This document shows, one piece after another, positions 1 to 9,340 of a stretch of DNA of 18,723 nt. Source of the stretch: Fonticula alba ATCC 38817 (lineage: Eukaryota; Protista; Nucleariida). Where the stretch lies: assembly GCA_000388065.2 (NCBI GenBank), contig KB932209.1; one strand, written 5' to 3'. Position 1 is the stretch's first letter. Each line of letters begins with the position of its first letter. The translations under genes and the position numbers were made by a program. The notes below the pieces were generated by a model. The model was given only the letters and a program-made list of their open reading frames with translations. It had not been told where the DNA came from and searched no databases.

Positions 1-483
1 GCATGAAGGAGGGGACATACCAACCAGCGGTTCACGGTCGTCTGTTACCAGATGAGTCAGTAACTCGGCTTGAGACGAGTTAGTGGCAAGCGAAAATAGA
101 AAGGAACTCGGATGTTAAAAAGGGTTCGAGAGGAAGCCTTAGAACAGGTGTTCGTCGGCCTAACTGGTGCTTCGGCTATACTTCCGTATACTCTTCGACA
201 CACAGCTGCTAAGGCTTTCGCTCTCAGGAGGCTCTCAACGAGAGTCCCCCTTTTTGACCTTTGGGCTCGGTCAGGGGTTGGAACTGAGAACCCCGCGGCT
301 GGGCCCGCCCACCCGCGTATCTCCGTCCTCGGTCGAGCGTTTATGCCGCTCGGCCTCGGCGGCCACCTGGCTGTTGTTCTACCCCGCATTCCTCTCCGAG
401 GAATGCTGTTCTGGGATGCTATCATTCCCACGATGTAACACGTGTGGCAATTCACTCACGTGTTGCTTCATCTATCGTTTACA
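1..483 (+). mobile_element. LTR-like repeat, copy 1 (about 12 nt of its 5' end lie outside the window)
   Basis: Colinear with 16922-17417 (shared gaggggacataccaaccagcggtt, gggttcgagaggaagcc, agaacaggtgttcgtcggc, tcgtttacatggggat). Ends in TTTACA at 478-483 followed by TGGGGAT. GC is lower than in the flanking genes. Confidence 0.75.
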
Positions 484-1649
484 TGGGGATTCCACTACAG
501 GCAGCCCGAACCCAGGTGACCGGTGCCTGGAGCGGCTTGCTCTCTCGACGCAGGGCAAGATGTCGGGCCGTCGATGCAGCACGGGGCGCCGAGTGCGCAG
601 GTGGAGGCCCGCTGCCCGGGCGGCCGACGGACAGAAGGACAGCGACTTGCGGAGAGGCATGCTTAAGCAGGCCTCCCGGCAGATAAGGGCCAGCTGGCGC
701 AGGACGAAGGAGGGCGGTCGAGGCCGACGCCCGGGGCGGGCGGGGGGGGGGCAGGCCGGCGGGGAGGGCCAGAGTACATGGGGTAACACAATGAAGGGTG
801 CATCGAGCATGGCTGTTGCTCAACTTCAGGAGGCAAGCCACCGGCTCCGGTGTCGGCTCCCGATCGAGGGAGCCGCCAGTGTTGGTGCGTTTCTCTGGGA
901 TCGGGCCGGAGGTGGGCGGGGGGGGGAAGAAAATTAAAGGGCCTTTTTTATTTGTTTTTTTATTTGCCATGCCACCAGGCCCCGACACAATGATGTTGGG
1001 CCTGGGTAGCTGCCAATGGAAGAGCCGCTCGCACGGCGTCCGAGCCTGGGGGGGACGGCCGTCCCGCGGGTGGCCCTTTCGCGTGGCACCTGGCTCCGGG
1101 TAGCAGGGCGCCGGTCATTCGCCCCCACACCGAGGGGGGGGGGGAACTGGGGCGATGCGGAGTGAAGGGGGCCAGCAGGGACTCCCCCCCCCCCGGGCGA
1201 GGTCTCCTGGGTGTGCTGGTCGGCCAGCGGGGCAGGCGTCGTTGCCCGACTGACGACCCCTCTTCACCCACAGGCGGATGGGCGTTGTCTCGGGGCGCGG
1301 GGGGGGGGGGGGGGGCAAGGCAAGACGAGGCGCGAGCGCAAGACTGAATGGTTCTGCATATGCAGAACCGGCCCCGGGCGGCTCCTGCGATGGCCCCCGA
1401 TGGAAGGTGCGCCTGCCATGGCGGGGGCGCTCCGGCTCGCGCGGGGCGGGGGGACGCTCCATTCGCATTTCTCCGCCGGGCATGCTTGGGGACGTTCGGC
1501 GAAGGACCGACCGCCCGCCGGGCCAGGAGGCGAGCTCGTGTGTGTCGGCGTGCGCGGACGACCCGGGGAGGGCCTTGTGCGCGCGGGTGTTGGGAGGCAT
1601 GGTGCCCGGTCGTGGGGGAGGCCAGGTCGCCCTCGCCCGCCCTGGGCTG

Positions 1650-1887
1650 CGGTTGCTTCCTTGGGTACCGAGGGCGGCCGGTGTCCCCCGCGCCCCTCGG
1701 GGGGGGAGAGTCCAGGGGCCCGGTGCCAGACGGGGTGATGTCCGCCCACAGCCCCCGGCACGACGCTCTTCCGATCTCGGTTGCTTCCTTGGGTACCGAG
1801 GGCGGCCGGTGTCCCCCGCGCCCCTCGGGGGGGGAGAGTCCAGGGGCCCGGTGCCAGACGGGGTGATGTCCGCCCACAGCCCCCGGC
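1650..1887. repeat. Artefactual 110-bp exact tandem duplication (1650-1759 / 1778-1887) joined by adapter sequence
   Basis: Identical copies separated by Illumina adapter sequence. Confidence 0.95.
1759..1777 (+). other. Illumina TruSeq adapter remnant CACGACGCTCTTCCGATCT
   Basis: Exact 19-nt match to the 3' end of the TruSeq universal adapter (...ACACGACGCTCTTCCGATCT). Confidence 0.97.
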
Positions 1888-1947
1888 GCCGGCCGGTCAT
1901 GGGCCTCCTGCCTGCCAGGATGCTGGAGGCCGCGGGCATGGCGCCGA

Positions 1948-2346
1948 AGGGTGCCGGACCCCTTCGATCCATGTGGGCGGCCTTTCCTGCCCCGGGCCCC
2001 TTGGTGGGTCCCTGCCAACCCCTGGTGTTGTCCAGCGCCACACCGGCCGGGCGCCAGCATTGACAGCGGCGTCCGAGGCGCGGGGACACCCGGGCGGTCA
2101 CCGGTGCGCGGGGCTTTCCCTCTTTGGCCAGGAGTGCAGATCGGAAGAGCACACGTAGGGTGCCGGACCCCTTCGATCCATGTGGGCGGCCTTTCCTGCC
2201 CCGGGCCCCTTGGTGGGTCCCTGCCAACCCCTGGTGTTGTCCAGCGCCACACCGGCCGGGCGCCAGCATTGACAGCGGCGTCCGAGGCGCGGGGACACCC
2301 GGGCGGTCACCGGTGCGCGGGGCTTTCCCTCTTTGGCCAGGAGTGC
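1948..2346. repeat. Artefactual 190-bp exact tandem duplication (1948-2137 / 2157-2346) joined by adapter sequence
   Basis: Identical copies separated by Illumina adapter sequence. Confidence 0.95.
2138..2156 (+). other. Illumina TruSeq adapter remnant AGATCGGAAGAGCACACGT
   Basis: Exact 19-nt match to the read-through adapter AGATCGGAAGAGCACACGTCT. Confidence 0.97.
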
Positions 2347-2855
2347 TCATGGGTGCGGCTGATGACGAGCCTGCTCGCCGAGGGGGTCGCGTGGATCGTC
2401 GGCGCGAAGGGCCCTCCGGGGGGCCTGAAAGGCGGGGACGCCTGGGCAAGGGGTGGTCGGTGTGAGAGTGAGCCGGCCGGGTGGGGCAGGGGGGGGGGGG
2501 GGAAAGAAGGCACCCGCGCCCTCCGGCGAGCCTGGCCCGTGTGACTGTGTGTCGGTGTGAAAGGGCCGCGCCGGGGCTCCGGGGGCATGTTGGGGCTGCT
2601 GGGCACGCCGGCCCCCGGGCCCGGTCGGCCCCGGCGGCGCCGGGATTGCCCGTCGAGGGGTCTGGTCGTGCGCGTGTTTCGGCGCCGGCCCCAGAGCCGC
2701 CGTGCGGCCGGCTGTCGATCCGGGCCGATCGGGCTGACGCGTGGCACGGCCGCCCCCCGGACGGGGGTGGGGCCAAGAGCCGGCCTGGGGGCTGCCCGCC
2801 ATGTGTCAGGGTCCCCATTCAAAGGGACGTTGTCGTCTGCCAAAGAGGCCGCCAT
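2307..2855 (-). CDS. Possible hypothetical protein divergent from gene A (MAASLADDNVPLNGDPDTW...)
   Basis: ATG in good context (gagATGg), 232 bp head-to-head from gene A. The remainder is low-complexity R/P/G with no recognisable domain and may be a GC-driven spurious ORF. Confidence 0.15.
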   Translation of the reverse strand: MAASLADDNVPLNGDPDTWRAAPRPALGPTPVRGAAVPRVSPIGPDRQPAARRLWGRRRNTRTTRPLDGQSRRRRGRPGPGAGVPSSPNMPPEPRRGPFTPTHSHTGQARRRARVPSFPPPPLPHPAGSLSHRPPLAQASPPFRPPGGPFAPTIHATPSASRLVISRTHEHSWPKRESPAHR

Positions 2856-3087
2856 CTCCCTACCCTCTACCGCCCGGTAACTGTGTTTCTCCTTTCGCCC
2901 GCCTTTGCGCTCCTTCTGCCTGGTGCTTTGACGCTGCTGCCCCCCCTGCGGGACCGCCGTTTACCTGCTCTTGTTCCTCGTCTGCCCGTCTGCTTCGGGC
3001 ATCTGGCGAATGCGCAAACGCGCGCCCTCACGCCGCGGAGCCGCTTGGGATCCGGCCTTGCGCCGGGCTCGGCCCGACATTCCGACG

Positions 3088-4474
3088 ATGGCACCGCCGC
3101 CCGGATGGCCACCGGCCGGGCGCCTTCTCCTGCTGGGGCTGGGCTCGCTGTGGGTGGCCCTGATGGGCCGGATGGCCGCACGCGCGCAGGCCCCCACCGA
3201 CGATGTGTTTCTCCACGCCACTTGGCTCGTCAATCGGGGATCGGGGTCCTTCGGCCCGGCGGTCACCCTGCCCGGGCAGCCATCGATGGTGGTGGACAAT
3301 GTCCTGAACAATGGTCGGGTGTACATTCAAAATGCCTCGCTGGATGTGTCGGACGAGTTCCGCTGGGGCAGTCTCTTCGACCCCGAGTGGAGCCTGTTTG
3401 TCCGGGCGAGCATCCCCTCCGGCGACAGCCCCGAGTGGATGGTCCTGGCGCTGGAGGACGAAGATGGCCCGGTCAAGGTGCTGTACACGCGCCAGTGGGT
3501 GACGCTGTTCAGTTCCTCCACCCGGCGGTCTTTCCCGGGGGGGCCGGTGAGCTTGCTCGCCGGCGCGGCGGTGGCCCGAGACCATGCGGATTTGCTGGGG
3601 CTCGCCGAGCCGCCGGACGGGCCGCGCGAGGTGCGCCTATGGGAGTTGACCAATGGGACATTGGCCCGGGTGACCTTCGGCGTGGAGGTGGCCGCGGGCC
3701 AGCCGGCCAATGCCTCGCCCGGGCCCGGGCGCACCTTCTACCTGTCGACGGGTTCGGATTTGTGGCATGTCCGCCATGGAGGCGTGGCCGCCGGGCCGGC
3801 CGCCGTCCAGTCGATCCCCCTGCCGGCGGGGACGGGCACCATTCGCCAGCTGGCCGCCACGCGGGTGGTCACCGATGCCGGCCAGTGCCCGGGAGCCGCG
3901 GATGTGGTGATGCTCCTGGACGGCGACCAGGTCCATGTGCTGCCCTGCGGCGCGGGTGGCGCGGGCTCCCCGGGCGAGGCGGGGTCCGGGTATGCGGCTG
4001 CCCTGCCGGCCGGGGCCTCGGCAGCCACCGGGCGCCTGGTCAGCCCGCCCCCGGCCCCGGCCCTGGACGAGGCCTACCCCTTCCTGTACTTCCTGCAGCC
4101 GGGCCCCGGGCCCGGTGGGGCGCCGATGCGGCTTTGGCGAGCGGACGTCCGGTCGGACGGGCTCTCCTGGCGGCAGCTGCTCCTGCCGCCGGGCCACACG
4201 GCCCCGGGGCACTTGCAGCTGGTGCGCCTGCGGCTGACGCTCTCGGGGCCGAGCTCGGGCGAGTGGGCGCTGCTGGCCGACCAGCATGTGCTGCTGGAAT
4301 CCGAGCGCTTCCGCTGCCACACCGATGAGAGCATCGTGTGCGACGGGCCGGGCGGGCTGACCGGAGGGGCCTTGGGCTGGGTCTGTGCCCCGACCCGGGC
4401 CATGGCGCCGCATGTCGTGCCCGGGCAACTGTGTGGCGACTGTGCGGAGGAGCATTACCTTGATCGGCCGGAGG
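3088..4474 (+). CDS. Gene A exon 1: signal peptide plus beta-rich ectodomain module 1 of a receptor-kinase-family paralog
   Basis: acgATGg start; hydrophobic leader RLLLLGLGSLWVALMGRMAARA|QAP. Motifs shared with gene B exon 1: GRTFYL/GRSFYL, AADVVMLL/AADVAMLL, FRCHTDESIVCD/FRCSEDPSIVCD, LCGDCAEEHYLDRPEG/LCAGCPDGWYLDRPTG. Ends at a G|GTGCGT donor. Confidence 0.85.
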
Positions 4475-4701
4475 GTGCGTGACAGACCGAAACACACACA
4501 CACACACACACACACAGACGCGCGCGCGCATACAAAAAATGCACGTTCTCCGCCATACCCCGGTGGCGGGGCGTGGGCTTCGGTCGGGGGCCCAGCCGCC
4601 GGGGTCCGGGATGCGTGCGCGTCCGTGGTCCCTCCCTGGTGCTAACTTTGCTGCGCGGCACACGGTGGGCATCGGCCGGGGCGGGATCATGCAACCGGCA
4701 G
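4475..4701 (+). other. Gene A intron (227 nt, phase 1)
   Basis: GTGCGT donor, GCTAAC branch site at 4641-4646, CAG acceptor at 4699-4701. Splicing joins the two ORFs in frame, at the same position as the gene B intron. Confidence 0.85.
4492..4530. repeat. (AC)n microsatellite followed by a (CG)n tract
   Basis: acacac... at 4492-4516, then gacgcgcgcgcgca, inside the gene A intron. Confidence 0.95.
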
Positions 4702-6623
4702 ACGAGCCGCCCTTCTCCTCGCCGGGCCACGTGTGCCGGGCCTGTGCCGACAGCGCGTGCCGCACGTGCGACCGGCACGACTGCCTGGTGTGCAAGGGGG
4801 CGCGAGTGCGCCAGCCGACCGGCCCCGGAGGGGCGATGGTCTGTGTGGACGCCTGCTCGGAGGGGTTTGCCCTGTGGGGCGGGGTCTGCCTGCCGGCGGG
4901 CCTGGACCAGGAGGTGGCCCGCTTCGATGCGGCCGGGCGGGAGACCCTGCCCGGGCCGGTGCTCGGCAGCCAGGTGACCGGGGTCGGGGCCACCCGGCTC
5001 GGGGTGGACCTGGCCACCGGGCTGGCGACCATCCCGCCGCCGGGCACCGAGCCGGGGAATGTCCTGCTCTTTGCCGGGCCCGGCCGGGACCCGCTGCTGA
5101 TGGGGATGGAGGACATCGGCCACGCCGGCAAGGCACCCCCGGCGGCGGTGCGGCTCTTTGTCCAGCCGCCGGCCGAGGCGGTCCTGGGCGTGGCGGAGCT
5201 CGGGCCGACGCTCAATGCCGAGGGGCGCTTGGTGATGGCGCTGCTGCTGGCCGAGCGGAGTGGGCGAATTTCGTTGGCCTGGTTGTCTTGCCAGCCGGCC
5301 GGGCCGGGCCAGGGCTGCACGGTGGCCGAGCCAAGCGCCCTGATCCGCACCGGCATTCAGACCTTGCCGGCGATCCGGCGCCTGGACGAGCGCCATGTCT
5401 ATGTCACCGATGATTCGCTGGTGTCATCGATCTTCTGGGCGGACATGGACCGGCTCACATGGCACAATGACTGGCAGGCGGCGTCGGATTTGCTGCCTCT
5501 GCGAAAGGGCTGGGTGGTCCATGTGTCGATCATGGAGCAGGCCGGGGTCGGGCCGCTGGCGATGCTGGTCCAAAATGATGCTCGCTGGTGGTGGAACGGC
5601 GTGATGGGGGGCTTGCTGCCGGCCGACCCGAACTGGGGGACATACCGGGCGGTGCTGCTGCCCCGGGGGCCGGGGCCCGGCGCGGCCGGGCCCGAGGCCG
5701 AGGCCATTGACCCCGGGCCGGAATTGGTCCTGGTGCTGGACACCACGGCGGCCGCATGGGACGTGGTCCGGGTGCCGGGGAGTTTGCCCTCGGCCGGGGG
5801 CACTGGCGCGCGAAGGCCCAGCACCCTGAGCCAGCGGCTGGGCCTGTTGCCGGAGGCGCCGGACCTGGCGGCCGACATGCGGCCATCTTCCCGGGTGTTC
5901 GGGGTCCGGCTGGCCGGCGGGTCGGCCGAGTATCCCAGTGCCCTGGTGCTCCTGTCGCAGAAGTACGTGGCCCTGTCGGTGCTTTGGTGCCGGCCTGGCG
6001 GCCGGTCGGCGGCGTGCGTCCTGTTGCCGGCGGTGTTGACCGACCTCCCGGCCGAGCTCCACCTCACGGCACGGGATTTGCTGTGGGCGGAGCCGGTGGT
6101 GTACACCCCGGCCGGGCCGTCGCCCAACACGCCGGGGCTGCTGGTCAGCGTGCTGACCTTCGCCGAGGCCCGGGGCCCGGTGTATTTGCACCTGCGGGTG
6201 CCCTGTCCCTCGGGCACGGTGGGGAAGGGCTGCCTGGCGTGTGCGGACGCTTGCGCCGAGTGCTGGGTCCCGGGGGATGCGACGGCTTGCGTGAGGTGCC
6301 CGCCCGGGCGGTTCCTGGCGGCCGGCGGGGGCACCTGCTCGGCCACCTGCGCCGCCGGAACCACCCCCGGGACCGGGGACCGGGAGGGGATTTGCGTGCC
6401 CTGTCCTCCGGGCACGGCCGGCCCGACGTGCGATCCCTGCCACGCGACGTGTGTGCTGTGCTCGAGCCCCGGCGATGCGATGGCTTGCCTGACCTGCCAG
6501 CCGGGGCACCTCATGACCGCCCTCGGGTCCTGCGTGGAGGAGTGCATCCCGGGGACCATGCCCGGGATTGACGACGGCCACGAGGGGACCTGCGTGCCCT
6601 GTCCGGCCAGCTGCCTGGACTGA
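4702..6623 (+). CDS. Gene A exon 2: one furin-like repeat, beta-rich module 2, then ~3 furin-like Cys repeats; no TM or kinase (secreted or truncated)
   Basis: HVCRACADSACRTC aligns with gene B HACRPCAEARCRTC; YPSALVLLSQKYVALSVLWC aligns with YPSGLLLLSRTFIGLSLLHC. CxxCxxxCxxC repeats run from ~6200 to TGA at 6621-6623. Spliced CDS is 3309 nt = 1102 aa + stop. Confidence 0.85.
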
Positions 6624-7462
6624 GAGCACGGCAGCCCGGAACGGAGGAGGCGGGGGGGAAAAAAGTGCCAGCCCCTCGCCCGATGCCTCATGCTACGACG
6701 GGACATCTCCCTTGCCGGCGGTCGGAATCATGGGGCTATTGCCTGGGCGTACATCGGCGCCCGGCCAAACGGCGGTGTTGGATCCCCCACGGCGCCAACG
6801 AGGCCGATGGCCTCTCCTCTTGATCCTGTACCATACACCTGACCGTCGGATGTGCCGATGCGCGACCGGGGGCAACGGGAAGGCGCCCCGGCCGGAGGGG
6901 GGGTCGGCAGTGGGCCGGTCTCGAGCCGGGTTTTATGAGGGCGCCCGAGGCCAAACACGCCCATCGCGCGGCCGGGGGGTCCGGGGGGACCCCCGGCGAG
7001 AGGGGCTCCGAGGGGGCATGTGCGTCGGCCCGGGACCCGGGCAGGTGGCCGACCGGAGAGGGGGCTTCATCGCGATGGCCATGGAGCTGGACCTGGTGCG
7101 CGGGCCGGACGCGCGAGTCGCCAGGATGGCGGGCTGCAGTGATGGCCGGGGGCCGGCTTCGCGGGTCGGGCAAGAGGAGGCCGGAGGGGACGAGGGTGCA
7201 AAGTTGTGGGGGTGTCTTCTTCATGGCCCCCCCCCCCATGGTGAACCCTCTCTGCCGGGGGATGTGGTGGCGGTCCGGCTGCATGTGCGAGTCAGGCAGG
7301 CGCCGGGGGCTCTGGGGGTGCGGTGGGTCGACTGGGCAATGTACTACGGCCTCCTGAGGGTGGTGGCGGTGGGGGAGGCTGTTCGTCTGATCGCGGCCTG
7401 CCGCCAAGCCCCCCCGGCGGTGGCCCGGTTCCACCGGACTCGAACAAGGCAGGGGCGGCGGG

Positions 7463-7472
7463 NNNNNNNNNN

Positions 7473-7500
<28 letters not shown>
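7463..7500. other. Assembly gap (10 N) abutting a G28 homopolymer
   Basis: N at 7463-7472, G at 7473-7500. Confidence 0.98.
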
Positions 7501-7503
<3 letters not shown>

Positions 7504-9299
7504 ACTGGCAGCGGAGGGGCCCTATGCCAGGGGAGTCGCCCGGGGACCGGGGGCCATGCGTGTCGGCCGGCCCTGTGTCCTTCCGACCTCTGGGCCAGCG
7601 GACCGCCCGGCCGGCCGGGCGATCGGCCAGTCCGGAGGGCTTGCCACATCGGGGCAGGGGCAGGGGGGGCGTGGAGCGCGTGTCGATCGGGAGCCTGACC
7701 CACCCGTGGACGAGTAGATCCGCCGGGAGGCGCGGTTCGGGCCGCGCGCACCTGCCAGGCACCAAACCCACGGACGTCGCGATCCCAACGCGATGGGCTG
7801 GCGTCCCTGGGCCGCCCACCCCCGGCTGCATGGGCAAGTACCGCCAAAGCAGGGCCGGCGCCGACCGGCGGTTATGGGTTATGGGGGGCCGGCGCCCCGG
7901 CATTCGGGCCCCGGACAAAGTGTTGGCAACGAGGAGGGATCACATGCGTTGGAATGGGCGAGAGACGCTTCAAGTCAATTAATATTCATGGCCGATTACA
8001 TTAACTCCTACTATTCCATGTGAGATCGCGGAGCTGGCACTTGGGTCACCGAGAGGGGCCCCCACGGAGGTGCCCATGTAGCGGCGCCTGGGGACCCGTG
8101 CGGGGCCTTTTTTCTGGCGGCCGCGGACATCGTGGCTATGGATGTGTAGGTGGCATTCCTCCGGGCGAGGAATGGTCCTCGACATGGCCGGCCTGCCCCT
8201 CCTCGGCCTCGTGGGGGCCGTCGAGGGTCACAGGGCGGTTTCTGGCGTTGGGGACAGCTTCCACCGCGGCGGTGTCCCGGCGCTCCGGACTTGCGGACCC
8301 GCCGCTGTTGTGAAGCTCAGTGCCTATCCCCTCTGGGCCGGCCAGGTCGCTCGTCCTCCCAGAAGGGCAGCTGCCAATCACCCATTCGGGATTGGCTTGC
8401 CAGCCAACTGGGTGTGCAGCATCGCCGGTCGCCGGCGTAGGCGCCCCGCCGCCGGGCGCCCGGCTGCCCGCTCAGTCGGCCTGGGCAATGTGTGTGTGTA
8501 TGTGTGGGGGGGGGCCACAGCGGGGCCTCTTGCGAGGGAGATCCGCCCGGTGAGAACCGGGCCCCACTCAGAGGAGTCAGCCCATATGGCGGCTTGTCGC
8601 CCGAAGGCCGACCAGGCTGTTTACGGTGATGGGCGCGGGCCGAGGGTGTCTGTGGGACCGGCGCTCCCGAGAGGGAGCCACAAGCCCACTGTTGAGTCGC
8701 CCCCCGGGGGCGTGTGCAGACGAGGCCGGCTGACTGGAGGCGGAATGCCGGTGTTCGCCCTCCGCGGGGGGCGGGTTGTCTTGCCGGCGGAGCTCGCCCG
8801 AGGCTGCCGCTTGCCGGCGGTCTCATGGACGCGTGCAGAGATCGAGCAGGGCTCGCCATGCCCGGAGAGGGGCCCGAAATCATGATACAACCACCAAGAG
8901 CCACCCTGGCTACAGGGGTGCGCAGTGTGTGCGAGGCACCCATTCTCATCAAACCGCATCGCGGGGCAGGGTGGGCGCATCGTCCCCGGGCGCCCGCCGT
9001 CGGGCGCGCCGGGCCGCGCCGTGCCGAGGGCGATGGGGCAGGGCCGCGGGAGGAGGCCCGGACCAGGGTGCCTGTCCCTCGGCCGGGGCGGGAGGCCGGT
9101 GGAGTGGCCTCGGTCTCATTTTCTTTGGTGTGGCCCGGCCAAGCCGGGGGTGCTTTTCTCGGGCCGGGGCGGGGCTCGGTCCGGCAGGGGCCGACCCGTC
9201 ACCGCCTGATCTCCCACCTCGCCGGCTGTCTCCCCCCGCCGCCCATTTCGCCGACCTACTCACCTCTACTCCATTCACCGGGTGCCGCAACACCGTGTG

Positions 9300-9319
9300 C
9301 CCCCCCCCCNNNNNNNNNN
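9300..9319. other. C10 run followed by an assembly gap (10 N) just upstream of gene B
   Basis: C at 9300-9309, N at 9310-9319. Confidence 0.98.
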
Positions 9320-9340
9320 CCGCCCCCCCTTCCCCCTTTC

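Noticed and set aside
49-95. Hammerhead-like CAGAUGAG-stem-CGAAA in LTR copy 1
   Set aside because: The core is CAGAUGA rather than CUGAUGA, stems I and III are not evident, and copy 2 has CAGAGAGAG...GGCAAA, so the core is not conserved.
321-352. UCCUCG motif resembling the HDV-like ribozyme L3 loop
   Set aside because: I could not build P1, P1.1, P3 and P4 around it in either copy.
1650-2346. Exact tandem duplications with 18-19-nt spacers, superficially a repeat-spacer or insertion-with-TSD system
   Set aside because: The spacers are verbatim Illumina TruSeq adapter ends, so this is an assembly artefact and not CRISPR or a mobile element.
960-2818. ORFs 960-2252 and 1115-2818 (minus strand) as real proteins
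   Set aside because: Their length depends on the artefactual duplications and adapter sequence, and they are low-complexity with no domain.
6621-6623. Selenocysteine or readthrough of gene A's UGA at a Cys position
   Set aside because: The downstream frame does not resume furin repeats or reach a TM, and I see no SECIS-like element.
8714-9340. N-terminal ~209 aa of ORF 8714-10768
   Set aside because: Low-complexity, read through an N gap, and upstream of a clear signal peptide; the true start is 9341 or 9371.
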